The notes: generated by a model from the letters alone, not told the origin. A DNA stretch of 64,000 nt from Calditrichota bacterium (GCA_024277115.1 JAJRVW010000222.1:27738-91737), one strand, 5' to 3'; shown: positions 29,478-40,935, counted from the first letter of the stretch. Made by a program: numbers and translations.

Positions 29478-31166
29478 TTATCCGTTTTTCTTCGCCCAGC
29501 TATCGCGTAAACCGACCGTTTTATTAAATATAGGTGCACCCGGCTTGGAATCCACCGAATCAACGAAAAAATAACCTTGGCGTAAAAACTGAAAATACAT
29601 GCCGGCCTGCGCATCTTTTAAACTCGGCTCGGTTTTGGCCGTAATCACTTTTAACGAATCAGGGTTAAGGCATTCCTCAATCTCACCTTTATCCGGTTCC
29701 GGCTCGGTAAAAAGATGATCATATAAACGCACTTCGGCATTGTATGCATGCTCGATTGAAACCCAGTGCAATGTCCCTTTAACTTTGCGCCCATCATCCG
29801 ACCAGCCACCACGGGTTGCCGGATCGTATGAGCAACGCAATTCTATAATTTTGCCGTTTTCATCCTTGATCACATCCGTACAGGTGATGTAGTAAGCATG
29901 TTTTAAACGCACTTCTTTGCCCGGGGCCAGGCGGAAATATTTACGAGGCGCGTCTTCCATAAAATCATTGCGCTCAATATAAATCTCCCGGGAGAATGGT
30001 ACAGTCCGCTTGCCGGCGCTTTCATCCTCAGGATTATTGACGGCTTCCAATTCTTCCGTTTGGCCTTCGGGATAATTTTCAATCACAACTTTAATGGGGT
30101 CCAAAACAGCCATTACACGCAGGGCCCGTTTGTTCAGGTCCTCCCGTAAACTTGCATAAAGTTGGGCAATATCCACGAGGCTATTGGCCTTTGCCACGCC
30201 CACGCCATCACTAAAGTTACGGATCGCTTCCGGTGTATAACCCCGTCTGCGCAGTCCTGCAATTGTAGGCATTCGCGGATCGTCCCAGCCTGTAACAAAC
30301 TTATCCTGTACAAGTTTTAATAACTTACGCTTGCTCATAACTGTGTAGGATAAATTCAGCCGGGCAAATTCAATCTGCCGTGGATGGTGGATGCCAAGCT
30401 GCTCTACAAACCAATTATACAAAGGCCGATGGTCTTCAAATTCCAAAGTGCAGATGGAATGGCTGATGCCCTCGATTGAATCGGACTGGCCATGCGCCCA
30501 ATCGTACATGGGGTAAATTTTCCATTTGTCGCCCGTACGGTGGTGGTGCACTTTTAAGATACGGTACATAACCGGGTCGCGCATATTTAGGTTTGGTGAG
30601 GACATATCAATTTTTGCCCGTAAAACTTTTGAGCCTTCATCAAACTCGCCACGGGTCATTTTTTCAAACAGTTCCAAATTCTCCTCAACAGAACGGTCAC
30701 GATACGGGCTGTTTTTTCCGGGCTTGGTTAAGGTGCCCCGATATTCCCGGATTTCTTCGGCATTCAAATCTTCCACATAAGCCTTGCCCGCTTTTATAAG
30801 CTGGATGGCATAAGCATGTAATTGGTCAAAATAATCTGAAGCATAAAACTCTGTTTCGCCCCAATCAAATCCAAGCCATTTCACATCTTCTTTTATGGAA
30901 CGGACATATTCGTCTTCTTCCTTGCTGGGATTTGTATCATCGAAACGTAAATTGCACACGGCATTGTACGACTCGGCCAATCCAAAATTTAAACAAATGG
31001 ATTTTGCATGACCAATGTGCAGGTAGCCGTTGGGTTCCGGTGGAAAACGGGTGTGTACTTTTTTATATTGCCCCGCTTTCAAATCTTCTTCAATAAAAGT
31101 ACGGATGAAGTTTGATGGGGATTTAGTTTCTTCGTTTGTCGTATTTTTTTCGTTCATTTTACTCAT
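29478..31166 (-). CDS. glnS: Glutamine--tRNA ligase
   Basis: [17 protein letters not shown] (HIGH) and VMSKRKL (KMSKS). The C-terminal anticodon-binding beta-barrels are present. Start chosen at MSKMNEKN; the upstream ATG at 31253 is also possible. Confidence 0.94.
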   Translation of the reverse strand: MSKMNEKNTTNEETKSPSNFIRTFIEEDLKAGQYKKVHTRFPPEPNGYLHIGHAKSICLNFGLAESYNAVCNLRFDDTNPSKEEDEYVRSIKEDVKWLGFDWGETEFYASDYFDQLHAYAIQLIKAGKAYVEDLNAEEIREYRGTLTKPGKNSPYRDRSVEENLELFEKMTRGEFDEGSKVLRAKIDMSSPNLNMRDPVMYRILKVHHHRTGDKWKIYPMYDWAHGQSDSIEGISHSICTLEFEDHRPLYNWFVEQLGIHHPRQIEFARLNLSYTVMSKRKLLKLVQDKFVTGWDDPRMPTIAGLRRRGYTPEAIRNFSDGVGVAKANSLVDIAQLYASLREDLNKRALRVMAVLDPIKVVIENYPEGQTEELEAVNNPEDESAGKRTVPFSREIYIERNDFMEDAPRKYFRLAPGKEVRLKHAYYITCTDVIKDENGKIIELRCSYDPATRGGWSDDGRKVKGTLHWVSIEHAYNAEVRLYDHLFTEPEPDKGEIEECLNPDSLKVITAKTEPSLKDAQAGMYFQFLRQGYFFVDSVDSKPGAPIFNKTVGLRDSWAKKNG

Positions 31167-31270
31167 TGTTTTTTTTGGGTTAAAACCCTGATTATTAGAG
31201 TTAAGTTTATCACCTCGCCATTTATGACAGGGATACCATGGCCTATAGAACAATGTCTTTAGCCCAACAT

Positions 31271-32719
31271 TTACACATATTTTTCCAAAGCCTGCTGTAC
31301 AAAACTACACACTTTTTCTTTACCAAAAACATCGATGACCAAAGGTAAGTCCGGGCCGGATTCTGCGCCTGTCAGCGCCACACGCACCGGTTTCCATAGG
31401 AAGGGGCCTTTGATCCCTTTTTCTTTTTGGATTTCTTTCATCACGGGCTTAAACGCATCTGAGTCAAGGTGGCCCAATGTATTAACTTTTTCTAAAAATG
31501 TTTCCAGAACTGCGCGGGCCGTTTCTTCTTTTAAAATATCCAGGGCTTCCTTCTCGTCAATTTCCAACACATCATTGATAAATATTTTGGCTGCCGTTTT
31601 AACATCGGTGGCTTTCTCGATACGTTTCTGCACAGCAAGGCAAATTTTTGCAGTCTTCTCCTTGTCTGAAGTATCAATGCCGGCATCTTCTAAAAAGGGT
31701 TGTAAAAATTCAACCAATTGCCCTTCATCCAAAGTACGGATATAATAGCCGTTCATCCATTCCAGTTTGGAAATATCAAAAACAGCGCCGGCCTTATTTA
31801 CCCGTTCCAGCGAAAAAGCTTCAATTAGTTCTTCCATGCTAAATATTTCCTGATCCGTTCCATCGCCGGGGCTCCAACCAATAAGCGCCACAAAATTTAC
31901 TAAAGCCTGCGGTAAAAATCCTTTGCTACGATAATCCTCCACGGCCACATCGCCCTGCCGTTTACTCAACTTGGAACGGTCTTCATTTAATAAAAGGGGC
32001 AGATGGGCAAACTGCGGTAAATCCCATCGAAAAAACTGGTACAGTAAAACATGTTTGGGCGTGCTTGGCAACCATTCTTCACCACGGATAACATGGGTTA
32101 TTTTCATAAGATGGTCATCCACAACATTGGCCAGGTGGTATGTTGGGAAACCATCACTTTTTAAAATGACCTGATCGTCCAGAACTTCATTCTGAAAAAC
32201 AACTTCGCCACGAACAATGTCATTTACGATAGTTTCACCTGTCTGTGGCACTTTTAGGCGAACCACATATTGATCCGTTTTCATCCTTTGCTCAGCTTTG
32301 TCTTTTGGATAATCACGATAACGGCCATCATATTTTGGGTCCTGGCCGGCAGCAATCTGCTCTTCGCGCATTTTTTCCAATTCTTCGGATGTGGCAAAAC
32401 AAGGGTAGGCTTTGTCTTCGTCCATCAATTGCTGCACATATTTTTTATAAATATCCAGGCGTTTCGATTGTTTATAAGGGCCATAATCGCCCGGATTGTC
32501 AATGCTTTCATCAAAAGAAATCCCGGGCCATTCCATCGTATCGATCAGGTTTTCGATAGCCCCTTCTACAAAACGCGCCTGGTCAGTATCTTCGATACGC
32601 AACACACACGTACCATTATTTTTTTTTGCAAACAGGTAATTATACAGCGCCGTTCTTAAACTCCCAATATGCACAAACCCGGTCGGGCTTGGCGCAAACC
32701 TTACACGAACATCAGACAT
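31271..32719 (-). CDS. gltX: Glutamate--tRNA ligase
   Basis: [19 protein letters not shown] (HIGH-type) and KLSKRQG (KMSKS). 482 aa. Confidence 0.96.
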   Translation of the reverse strand: MSDVRVRFAPSPTGFVHIGSLRTALYNYLFAKKNNGTCVLRIEDTDQARFVEGAIENLIDTMEWPGISFDESIDNPGDYGPYKQSKRLDIYKKYVQQLMDEDKAYPCFATSEELEKMREEQIAAGQDPKYDGRYRDYPKDKAEQRMKTDQYVVRLKVPQTGETIVNDIVRGEVVFQNEVLDDQVILKSDGFPTYHLANVVDDHLMKITHVIRGEEWLPSTPKHVLLYQFFRWDLPQFAHLPLLLNEDRSKLSKRQGDVAVEDYRSKGFLPQALVNFVALIGWSPGDGTDQEIFSMEELIEAFSLERVNKAGAVFDISKLEWMNGYYIRTLDEGQLVEFLQPFLEDAGIDTSDKEKTAKICLAVQKRIEKATDVKTAAKIFINDVLEIDEKEALDILKEETARAVLETFLEKVNTLGHLDSDAFKPVMKEIQKEKGIKGPFLWKPVRVALTGAESGPDLPLVIDVFGKEKVCSFVQQALEKYV

Positions 32720-33332
32720 TTTTTTTCACTCTCTTTTTTAAAATATATTTATAGATCAAAAAACCGCCAACCAGCAATACGGTCAAAATAATGACTATTT
32801 TATTATACTGGCTGATTATAGCCGTAATATTTTCCCAGTTCACACCCAAAACATAACCGGCATACATTAAAAGCCCGTTCCAGACCAGCGCACTGATCGA
32901 AGCTAAAATTAACACCCAAACCCAGCTCAGTTTAAATATCCCGGCAAAAAGCGAGATAACGCTACGTGTTCCACTAAGAAAACGATTGGCAACAATTACC
33001 CAATAACCATATTTGGCAAACCATACTTCAATTTTTTCGATACGCTCAAAGCCAAAAATTTTAGCGCGCTTTTCATTGGAGATAAACTCCTTACCTAACT
33101 TTGAGCCGATCAGGTACATGGTAAAAAAACCAATCACACTACCTGATGTTGTAGAAAGCCAGACACCGGTAAAACTTAGCTTGCCCGTTGTTATCAGATA
33201 CGCGCCAATCACTGTAACCGTATCGCCGGGGATAGGCGGAAAGGTATTTTCCACAAATGCACTGGCAAACAGGATCAGGTAAGCGATTATCGGATCAACC
33301 TGGGAAATAATATTTTCGATATAATCAATCAT
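32712..33332 (-). CDS. DedA family membrane protein
   Basis: FVENTFPPIPGDTV motif and later GYWVIVANRFLSGTRSVISLFAG, both typical of DedA/SNARE-associated proteins. Confidence 0.85.
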   Translation of the reverse strand: MIDYIENIISQVDPIIAYLILFASAFVENTFPPIPGDTVTVIGAYLITTGKLSFTGVWLSTTSGSVIGFFTMYLIGSKLGKEFISNEKRAKIFGFERIEKIEVWFAKYGYWVIVANRFLSGTRSVISLFAGIFKLSWVWVLILASISALVWNGLLMYAGYVLGVNWENITAIISQYNKIVIILTVLLVGGFLIYKYILKKRVKKNV

Positions 33333-33362
33333 AAGCCTAAAGCTAACAAATATTTTAGAATT

Positions 33363-33400
33363 AAAAAAACCTTCAAGGCAAAAATTACAGCCTTGAAGGT
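33363..33400 (-). terminator. Rho-independent terminator downstream of queA
   Basis: Perfect 11-bp stem accttcaaggc / gccttgaaggt with a 10-nt loop, followed on the minus strand by a run of T. Confidence 0.75.
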
Positions 33401-33448
33401 CAATGTGTTTATAAGTATTACTTAGGACAAAAATTTAAGCCCACAAGC

Positions 33449-34480
33449 CTAGTAAATAAACATTGCATCGCCATAACTGTGAAAGCGGTATTTTTGCTTG
33501 ACCGCTTTTTTGTAGGCCTTCATCATTGTGTCTTTATCAGAAAACGCACAAGACAATAAGAAAAGTGTAGAGCCCGATACATGGAAATTTGTAATCAGTG
33601 CATCAACCACTTTAAAGGTATAAGGCGGATGGATATATTTATCCGTCCATCCCGAATTTGCCTTTACAAATTTATCGACCGTGGCAACCGTTTCCAGCAC
33701 ACGTACGGTTGTTGTGCCTACTGCGACTATCCGGCCACCTTTGCGCTTCACTTCATTGATTTGCTCTTCCGATTCACGCGACAACTCATAATATTCAGAA
33801 TCCATCTGGTGACGGCCTAAATCTTCAACCTGTATCGGACGAAAAGTGCCAAGGCCAACATGCAATGTTAAAGGAATTATTTTAACTCCTTTGGCTTTCA
33901 ACTTTTCCAGTAAATCTTCGGTAAAATGCAAACCAGCTGTTGGGGCAGCTACCGCGCCAATTTTCTGCGCATAAACGGTTTGGTATTTTTCTTTATCAAG
34001 CTCTTCGGCTTCCCTCTTGATATACGGCGGTAAAGGCGATTTACCTACTCTGCCGATCAGGTTAAAAAAGTCTTCGCCATTATAATCGAAACGGACTACG
34101 CGGCCACCTGAGGTTGTGTTGTCAATAACATCACAACCCAAATCGTCGGTAATCTGGATACGGTTGCCCACACGTACTTTCCGTGCTGGTTTTACCAAAA
34201 CTTCCCACATGGTAGATGCAAGTTGCCTCAAAAGAAGCAGTTCAACCTTTGCATCTGTTTTATCTTTTACACCAAAGATGCGCGCCGGAAAAACTTTTGT
34301 TTCGTTCACCACCAACGCATCGCCCTCTTTAAAATAATCAACAATATCTTTGAAAATCTTATCTTCAAGAGTGGAGTCCTTCCGATTGACGACCATGAGT
34401 TTGGACTCATCACGCACATCCACGGGATATTGCGCAACCAGTTTCTTGGGTACGTCAAATTGTATTTCAGAAAGTTTCAT
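33449..34480 (-). CDS. queA: S-adenosylmethionine:tRNA ribosyltransferase-isomerase
   Basis: Full-length QueA pattern (FDVPKKLVAQYP, PLPPYIKR, VAAPTAGLHFT, GTTTVR, FHSYGDAMFI). It ends in TAG. Confidence 0.95.
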   Translation of the reverse strand: MKLSEIQFDVPKKLVAQYPVDVRDESKLMVVNRKDSTLEDKIFKDIVDYFKEGDALVVNETKVFPARIFGVKDKTDAKVELLLLRQLASTMWEVLVKPARKVRVGNRIQITDDLGCDVIDNTTSGGRVVRFDYNGEDFFNLIGRVGKSPLPPYIKREAEELDKEKYQTVYAQKIGAVAAPTAGLHFTEDLLEKLKAKGVKIIPLTLHVGLGTFRPIQVEDLGRHQMDSEYYELSRESEEQINEVKRKGGRIVAVGTTTVRVLETVATVDKFVKANSGWTDKYIHPPYTFKVVDALITNFHVSGSTLFLLSCAFSDKDTMMKAYKKAVKQKYRFHSYGDAMFIY

Positions 34481-34505
34481 AATATTTACTCCTACTTACT
34501 TTGTT

Positions 34506-35534
34506 TTAAAATAAGGACTGCTGATTAAGCGGCCCCTGTTGTTTTCCTTTTGTCAGGCCAAAATGTTCGTACGCAATCTGCGTCACCATCCGCCCGCGTG
34601 AGGTACGCTTTATAAACCCTTGCTGAATCAGGAAAGGTTCGTAAACTTCCTCTATTGTATCACTCTCTTCGCTTACTGCAACTGCGATTGTATTTAGGCC
34701 AACCGGCCCGCCCTGGTATTTTTCGATAATGGTCAGCAAGATACGCTTATCCATGTCATCCAGGCCTTTACTGTCTACATCCAACCTTTTCAGGGCATCG
34801 TCTGCAACAGCTTTTGTGATTTTGTTTTCTGCTAACACCTGCGCAAAATCCCGCACCCGTCGTAACAGACGGTTTGCAATACGGGGTGTCCCGCGCGATC
34901 TACGGGCAATTTCCATCGCCCCTTCTTTTTCGATCTCAATATTTAAAATTTTTGCCGAACGTATTATTATCGTGAACAACTCTTCAGGAAAATAATAATC
35001 CATCCGCAGCACTACACCAAAACGTGCCCGCATCGGCGCGGTTAAAAGTCCTGCCCGGGTTGTTGCGCCCACCAGGGTAAAAGGTTCCAAATTAAGTTGA
35101 ACCGATCTCGCGCTAGGCCCTTTATCGATGATAATATCAATATGAAAATCTTCCATTGCCGAGTATAAATATTCTTCTACAACACTGTTCACCCGGTGGA
35201 TTTCATCGATAAAAAGAACATCTTTTTCCTGCAAATTTGTAAGCAACCCGGCTAAATCGCCCGGCCTTTCCAACACCGGCCCGGATGTCGATTTTATATC
35301 AACGCCCAGTTCCCGGCTTAAAATCAACGCCAGGGTTGTTTTGCCAAGCCCCGGTGGCCCGTAAAGCAAAACATGGTCCAGCGCTTCGCCCCTCTGTTTG
35401 GCCGCTTCAATAAAAATAGCCAGGTTTTCCTTAACTTTTTCCTGCCCGATAAAATCACTTAATTTGTGTGGGCGCAGGCTGATCTCAATTTCATCATCTT
35501 CCGATAAATGATCGGGTGTAATAAGATCGTTCAT
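34506..35534 (-). CDS. ruvB: Holliday junction branch migration helicase RuvB
   Basis: Walker [10 protein letters not shown], Walker B LFIDEIHR, sensor and winged-helix regions. Confidence 0.97.
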   Translation of the reverse strand: MNDLITPDHLSEDDEIEISLRPHKLSDFIGQEKVKENLAIFIEAAKQRGEALDHVLLYGPPGLGKTTLALILSRELGVDIKSTSGPVLERPGDLAGLLTNLQEKDVLFIDEIHRVNSVVEEYLYSAMEDFHIDIIIDKGPSARSVQLNLEPFTLVGATTRAGLLTAPMRARFGVVLRMDYYFPEELFTIIIRSAKILNIEIEKEGAMEIARRSRGTPRIANRLLRRVRDFAQVLAENKITKAVADDALKRLDVDSKGLDDMDKRILLTIIEKYQGGPVGLNTIAVAVSEESDTIEEVYEPFLIQQGFIKRTSRGRMVTQIAYEHFGLTKGKQQGPLNQQSLF

Positions 35535-35539
35535 AAAAG

Positions 35540-36136
35540 TTAAATTACCTGTAAGGCCTGTTTTAATAAATCTTCAACAATCTTTAATTTTTCGGTTTTC
35601 TGCGCTTTTTCAATCGCTTTATTTGCCGCAATCCGTGTATACCCAAGCGACATTAGCGCCATCATCGCTTCTTGTTCAACACCGTTCAAAGTCTTTTCTG
35701 TACGATTTATTCCCTGGCCGGCCGTTACTTCTAACTTTCCAAATTTATCTTGCAGCTCCACCACAAGCCGTTGCGCCGTCTTCTTGCCAACCCCGGAAAT
35801 TGTATTTAAAGTCTTCTCATCGCCCGTCTGGATCGCATGTATCAGCTCATCGGGCGTTAATCCTGATAAAATTGTTTGGGCGAGTTTTGGCCCGATCCCG
35901 GAAATAGAAAGCAGGCTTAGGAAGACCTCTCTTTCCCGTACCTCAAAAAAACCGTACAACTGTAAAACATCTTCACGTACATGAAGATAGCTCATCAATT
36001 TTATCTTGTCACCCGCCTGGGGAATATGTTTAAAGGTAGATAAAGATATTTTAAGGAGATAACCAACGCCACTAACATCCAGTACAACTTCTGTAGGTTT
36101 TTTAGAATCTATAATCCCATTTATATATTAATACAT
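35540..36136 (-). CDS. ruvA: Holliday junction DNA-binding protein RuvA, with in-frame TAA as codon 3 (36128..36130)
   Basis: The listed ORF (TTG at 35998) lacks the OB-fold N-terminus. The same frame upstream reads ATG TAT TAA TAT ATA AAT GGG... = [30 protein letters not shown]. This is the canonical RuvA N-terminus. The ATG (36134..36136) overlaps the ruvC stop as TAATG. Confidence 0.8.
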
Positions 36137-36642
36137 TAAATTTTAACTAACCCTTTTGCTTCCATTTGCATACGGTGCATCTGGCACAAAGCAACCGCCA
36201 ACGCATCCGATGCGTCTTCGGGGGTGATCTTTTCTTTTACCTTAAGAATATTACTTACCATAAAATTTACCTGGCTTTTTGAGGCCGCGCCATTGCCAAC
36301 CACCGACATTTTTACTTCCCTCGCGGTAAACTCACCGATAGATGCATTGTTCTTTGTTGCTGCTACAATTGCCGCCCCGCGTGCATGCCCCATTACAATA
36401 GCTGTCTTAACATTATCCGCATAAAAAATATCTTCGATCGCCACACGGTTGGGCTTATATTCCGCAATAATGGCATCCAGTGATTCAAAAATAACTGTCA
36501 GGCGATCGGCCAGGCTATTTTTAGGCTTGGTCCGGATATGACCGTATTTAATCAACTTTGGGTTATTAGCCTTTACTTCAATAATACCATACCCGGTCGT
36601 ATTTAATCCCGGATCGATACCAAGAATTATAAAGCAGTCCAT
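36136..36642 (-). CDS. ruvC: Crossover junction endodeoxyribonuclease RuvC
   Basis: ILGIDPGLNTTGYGII and the catalytic acidic residues. The start overlaps the yebC stop by 1 nt (TAATG). Confidence 0.93.
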   Translation of the reverse strand: MDCFIILGIDPGLNTTGYGIIEVKANNPKLIKYGHIRTKPKNSLADRLTVIFESLDAIIAEYKPNRVAIEDIFYADNVKTAIVMGHARGAAIVAATKNNASIGEFTAREVKMSVVGNGAASKSQVNFMVSNILKVKEKITPEDASDALAVALCQMHRMQMEAKGLVKI

Positions 36643-37394
36643 TATTCGCCTAAAATTCTTTCCATCTCGCTGTCATCAATATCAAAATTGGCGTACACAT
36701 TTTGGATGTCGTCATGATCGTCAATTTGTTCCATCAGCTTCATCAGCTTCTCAGCATCTTTGCCCGTAACTTCAACTGTATTTTTAGGGATCATAGTCAC
36801 TTCGGCAGAAGCAATTTCAATATTTTTTTCTTCAAGTTCAGCGCGTACCTGATTAAAATCTTCAAACGAAGTATAGATCACAAACTCATCGTCGTTGGTT
36901 TCCATATCCTCGGCGCCACTTTCGATGGCCAGCTCCAACAATTCATCTTCCGAGTTATTTTCCCTGGCAACAGAGATCATCCCTTTGCGTTCAAACATCC
37001 ACGCCACACTGCCATTTTCACCAAGGTTACCGCCCGATTTACTGAGCATGAAGCGTACTTCGGCAACCGTTCGGTTTTTATTGTCTGTCACGGCATCCAT
37101 ATAAACCGCTACACCGCCGGGGCCGTAACCCTCGTACACAACATCTTCATAAACCACACCCGGTAAATCGCCTGTCCCTTTTTTAATCGCATTATCGATG
37201 TTCTTAGCGGGCATATTAGCGCTCTTTGCAGAGTTCACCGCTGCACGTAACCTCGGGTTCATGTCCGGATCGCCACCACCAACACGGGCAGCAACCGTTA
37301 ATTCTTTTATAAGTTTTGTAAATACCTTACCTCTTGCGGCATCTACCTTTGCTTTTTTATGTTTTATTGAATGCCATTTAGAATGACCTGACAT
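36642..37394 (-). CDS. YebC/PmpR family DNA-binding transcriptional regulator
   Basis: MSGHSKWHSIKHKKAKVDAARGKVFTKL is the family signature. 250 aa. Confidence 0.93.
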   Translation of the reverse strand: MSGHSKWHSIKHKKAKVDAARGKVFTKLIKELTVAARVGGGDPDMNPRLRAAVNSAKSANMPAKNIDNAIKKGTGDLPGVVYEDVVYEGYGPGGVAVYMDAVTDNKNRTVAEVRFMLSKSGGNLGENGSVAWMFERKGMISVARENNSEDELLELAIESGAEDMETNDDEFVIYTSFEDFNQVRAELEEKNIEIASAEVTMIPKNTVEVTGKDAEKLMKLMEQIDDHDDIQNVYANFDIDDSEMERILGE

Positions 37395-37634
37395 TTAGAA
37401 CTCCTCCAACTATTCATTAAACGCACCCGTAAAACTGTATCAATTGAGTGACAGCAACCTCAGTCAGCGCTATATTATATTTAATAAGATTTATTAATCC
37501 CTGAACGAACAAGTGAGTTTGGTATAAAAAATATTTAAGAGGGCAAAAATACGAAAATAAGGCGGGTTTTCCAAAAAATAATTATTCAGGAAAATCGATC
37601 AATATAAGTTCTCTAGTAAATACAAACAAGAGGT

Positions 37635-38579
37635 TTATGTTATTTTATTTTTTTTTAATTCTTCTTCAAAAAACGGAATGGTTTTCTTAAGCCCTTCTTC
37701 AAGCAAGATTGTGGGCTGCCAGTTTAGTTTTTCTTTGGCCAAAGAAATATCCGGTTGGCGCTGTGTAGGATCATCTGCCGGAAGCGGTTTATGGATTATT
37801 TTAGATTTAGCCCCGGTTAGGTCAATAACTTTTTCGGCCAGGGCTTTAATTGTAAATTCATTTGGGTTGCCAATATTTACCGGCCCGATAAAATCTTCGG
37901 CCTGCATCATCTTAATGGCGCCATCCACGAGATCATCCACATATTGAAAAGAGCGTGTTTGCAAGCCTTCCCCGTAGATGGTGATATCTTTGTTTTGAAG
38001 TGCCTGGACAATAAAATTACTCACAACACGCCCGTCATTTAGCGCCATGCGCGGACCATAGGTGTTAAAAATCCGGATAATTTTTATATCAACTTTATTC
38101 TGGCGGTAATAATCCATCATCAAAGTTTCCGAAACCCTTTTCCCTTCATCATAACAACTACGGATACCTATCGGGTTTACATTCCCCCAGTAGTCCTCGG
38201 TTTGCGGGTGGACTTTAGGATCGCCATAAACCTCGCTTGTGCTGGCCTGCATTAATCGCGCATTAACACGCTTGGCCATCCCCAGCATATTTATTGTGCC
38301 CATAACGCTGGTTTTAATTGTCTTTACAGGATTATATTGATAATGGACCGGGGAGGCGGGGCAGGCAAAATTATAAATCTGGTCCACTTCAAGCATGATC
38401 GGTTCGGATACATCATGGCGGACAAGTTCAAAATTCCAGTGGTCGATTAAATGGCGTATATTGTTTTTTGAACCGGTAAAAAAATTATCTATACAAATTA
38501 CATCATGCCCTTGTTCAATAAAGTGTTCACATAAATGTGATCCTATAAATCCTGAACCGCCTGTTACCAAAATACGCAT
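37635..38579 (-). CDS. UDP-glucuronate decarboxylase (UDP-xylose synthase-like SDR)
   Basis: [16 protein letters not shown] Rossmann motif. [10 protein letters not shown], the SxnYGDP/YxxxK catalytic pattern, and the [12 protein letters not shown] tail are typical of UXS. Confidence 0.88.
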   Translation of the reverse strand: MRILVTGGSGFIGSHLCEHFIEQGHDVICIDNFFTGSKNNIRHLIDHWNFELVRHDVSEPIMLEVDQIYNFACPASPVHYQYNPVKTIKTSVMGTINMLGMAKRVNARLMQASTSEVYGDPKVHPQTEDYWGNVNPIGIRSCYDEGKRVSETLMMDYYRQNKVDIKIIRIFNTYGPRMALNDGRVVSNFIVQALQNKDITIYGEGLQTRSFQYVDDLVDGAIKMMQAEDFIGPVNIGNPNEFTIKALAEKVIDLTGAKSKIIHKPLPADDPTQRQPDISLAKEKLNWQPTILLEEGLKKTIPFFEEELKKNKIT

Positions 38580-38595
38580 TATTATCCCCGCCTTA

Positions 38596-39792
38596 TTATT
38601 TAATCTTGTTCAGTGCCTGCGATAAATCGTTGATAATATCAACCGGGTCTTCGATACCCACCGAAAGCCGAACAAGGTTTTCAGTGATTCCAACCGCCTC
38701 AAGGTCTTCCGGTGAATAAGTTGAATGGGTCATTGAAGCCGGATGTTCAATTAAAGAATCCACATCGCCCAAGCTTACAGCAAGCGTTATTAACTCAACT
38801 GAGTCCATCATCTTTTCGCCCGCTTTTCGCCCGCCTTTAACTTCAAATGAAATCATTCCGCCAAATCCCGACATTTGGCTTTTGGCCAGCTGGTGCTGTG
38901 GGTGTGCTGTTAAACCGGGATACATCACCCGTTCTACCTTTGGATGAAATTGTAAATACTTGGCAATCTGCAATGCATTCTCCTGATGTTTTTCCATGCG
39001 GATGGCCAGGGTTTTCAATCCACGTACAAGCAACCAGGCGTTTAACGGGCTGATCACACCACCAATATCACGAAGGATGCCCATGCGTAAATTGCCAATA
39101 AACTCTTCATCGGCGATGGCAACACCGGCAACCGTATCGCCATGGCCACCAATATATTTTGTTGCCGAATGCACAACGATTGACGCGCCAAGCTCTAATG
39201 GTCTTTGAAAATAAGGGGTTGCAAAAGTGTTGTCCACAACAACCGGGATGCCGTGTTTTTTGCCAATTTTAGCACAGGCCTCAATATCAACAATGGACAT
39301 AGTGGGATTAGCGGGCGTTTCGATATAAATCAAACGTGTATTTTTATCAATGGCATCTTCTATATTTTTAAGATGGGTCGCATCCACTTCGCGTGCTTCG
39401 ATATTCCAGCGCGGTAGTGTTTCAGAAAACAGTTGATGCGATCCGCCATAAAGTGTATCCGAGGAAACAAAGTTGTCGCCCGATTTACATAAAGCGAGGA
39501 CAACACTGGATATGGCAGCCATGCCCGAACTAAAAGCCAGCGCCGCTTCGCCACCTTCCAAAAACGCCATCTCTTTTTCCAGGGCTTCTTGCGTAGGATT
39601 GCTGATACGTGTATAAACATAGCCTTTTCTTTCACCTGTAAAAATTTCGGCACCGGCCTTCGCGCTTTCAAATGCAAAGGTTGAGGTTTGATAGATTGGC
39701 TTCCCGACTGAACCAGTCGCAGGATCGTAACCACCTGCGCCGTGTACACATAATGTTGAAATCTTTAACTTTTTTGTGTTTCCTTTTGTCAT
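38596..39792 (-). CDS. PLP-dependent Cys/Met-metabolism enzyme (methionine gamma-lyase / O-acetylhomoserine sulfhydrylase-like)
   Basis: Start at [27 protein letters not shown]-lysine motif [11 protein letters not shown]. The family cannot be subdivided by eye. Confidence 0.85.
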   Translation of the reverse strand: MTKGNTKKLKISTLCVHGAGGYDPATGSVGKPIYQTSTFAFESAKAGAEIFTGERKGYVYTRISNPTQEALEKEMAFLEGGEAALAFSSGMAAISSVVLALCKSGDNFVSSDTLYGGSHQLFSETLPRWNIEAREVDATHLKNIEDAIDKNTRLIYIETPANPTMSIVDIEACAKIGKKHGIPVVVDNTFATPYFQRPLELGASIVVHSATKYIGGHGDTVAGVAIADEEFIGNLRMGILRDIGGVISPLNAWLLVRGLKTLAIRMEKHQENALQIAKYLQFHPKVERVMYPGLTAHPQHQLAKSQMSGFGGMISFEVKGGRKAGEKMMDSVELITLAVSLGDVDSLIEHPASMTHSTYSPEDLEAVGITENLVRLSVGIEDPVDIINDLSQALNKIK

Positions 39793-39934
39793 GATTACCT
39801 CATAGAATAAATAATTATTACTTTTTAATCCGTAACTTACTGTCTTAAAATTAATCAAAAAACTAAACGATGTCACAGTTACTTTAGCTTTGTTCGACAC
39901 CTGTAAATAGTTTAGCTTCTGCTAAGTTAAACAA

Positions 39935-39965
39935 TTAACCCGGATTATGCATTAGCCGGGATTAA
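39935..39965. promoter_or_regulatory. Imperfect palindrome in the divergent promoter region (candidate Rrf2 operator)
   Basis: ttaacccggatt-ATGCAT-tagccgggattaa. The arms are complementary with a 1-nt offset. It lies 32 bp upstream of the first Rrf2 gene and ~145 bp upstream of the divergent Cys/Met gene. Confidence 0.3.
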
Positions 39966-39996
39966 AAGAATCCATTCACTTAATAAAGGAGAACGA

Positions 39997-40422
39997 ATGC
40001 TTTCAAGCAGTACTGTTTATGCAATTAGGGCATGTATTTATGTTGCCGCCCATAAAAACGAAAATTATATTTCAATTTCTACTATTGCAGAAAAGCTTGA
40101 AATATCGTTTCACTTTTTAACAAAAATTTTACAAAAACTCACCCAGATAAACCTAATGACATCCTACCGGGGTCCAAATGGTGGCGTCGCGTTTACAAGG
40201 CCAACAGATAAAATATTTCTGATCGATATTGTAGATGCTGTGGAGACACACCCCATTTTTAGCCAATGCCTTTTGGGCATACCCGGATGTGGTACAGGCA
40301 AACCATGCCCCCTTCATGAAGATTGGGGACCAATCCGTGAACAATTGCGGGCAAAGTTTGAGAACACAAATCTTGCAGACCTGGCAAATAAAGTTAGTAG
40401 TTTTAACGAGCGGCTACTCTAA
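39997..40422 (+). CDS. Rrf2 family transcriptional regulator (copy 1)
   Basis: N-terminal wHTH (YAIRACIYVA...ISISTIAEKLEISFHFLTKILQKL). Cys cluster C-x6-C-x5-C (CLLGIPGCGTGKPCPLH). Confidence 0.85.
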   Translation: MLSSSTVYAIRACIYVAAHKNENYISISTIAEKLEISFHFLTKILQKLTQINLMTSYRGPNGGVAFTRPTDKIFLIDIVDAVETHPIFSQCLLGIPGCGTGKPCPLHEDWGPIREQLRAKFENTNLADLANKVSSFNERLL

Positions 40423-40450
40423 CTTGTGAGATAAGTAACTTTATTGCATT

Positions 40451-40474
40451 TAATCTTAATTTATTTTAAGATTA
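40451..40474. promoter_or_regulatory. Perfect 9-bp inverted repeat between the two Rrf2 genes
   Basis: taatcttaa-tttatt-ttaagatta. The stem is AT-only, so it could be an operator or a weak terminator. Confidence 0.3.
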
Positions 40475-40506
40475 AGGGATACGAATACCTTTAGGAGTCA
40501 AGAAGA

Positions 40507-40935
40507 ATGTTATCCAATGCTGCAATATATGGAGTTCGTGGTTTAATTTATCTTTCATCACAAACTGAACGAAAATTTATCCCCATCTCTGAAATCTCAA
40601 AAAAACTAAATATTTCATTCCATTTTTTAACCAAAATATTCCAGAAATTTACCAAGAAGAATATCCTTATGTCCAGCCGGGGCCCGCAAGGCGGAATTAG
40701 TTTTAACAAACCGGCAAGTCGAGTGACTGTTTATGAAATAGTGGAAATTATAGATGGACATGATGTTTTTGACAAGTGTGTTCTGGGCCTCCCGGGTTGT
40801 GGTGCCCTCGAACCTTGCCCCATGCACGAAAATTGGAGCCGGGTTAAGGATGAAATAAAAACACAATTTGAAGAAACAACCATTAAAGAGCTGGCTGATA
40901 AGTTAAGCAGGCGAAATGAAATTTTTAGAATTTAA
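40507..40935 (+). CDS. Rrf2 family transcriptional regulator (copy 2)
   Basis: Paralogous to copy 1 (YGVRGLIYLS...IPISEISKKLNISFHFLTKIFQKF; CVLGLPGCGALEPCPMH). Confidence 0.85.
   Translation: MLSNAAIYGVRGLIYLSSQTERKFIPISEISKKLNISFHFLTKIFQKFTKKNILMSSRGPQGGISFNKPASRVTVYEIVEIIDGHDVFDKCVLGLPGCGALEPCPMHENWSRVKDEIKTQFEETTIKELADKLSRRNEIFRI

Noticed and set aside
28773-29510. 245-aa antisense ORF within ddl
   Set aside because: It is a shadow ORF opposite a confidently identified ddl, with no motifs.
29432-29614. N-terminal extensions of listed ORFs (ddl 29432..29614, glnS 31167..31253, Cys/Met enzyme 39793..39900, 44556..44630, ccmA 59118..59174, porin-like 17273..17461)
   Set aside because: The extensions overlap upstream genes or encode non-protein-like sequence. 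Internal ATGs give canonical N-termini or signal peptides.
39793-39996. SAM or other riboswitch upstream of the Cys/Met PLP enzyme
   Set aside because: I could not find the conserved SAM-I/SAM-II core sequences or a plausible multi-stem aptamer. Only short hairpins are present.
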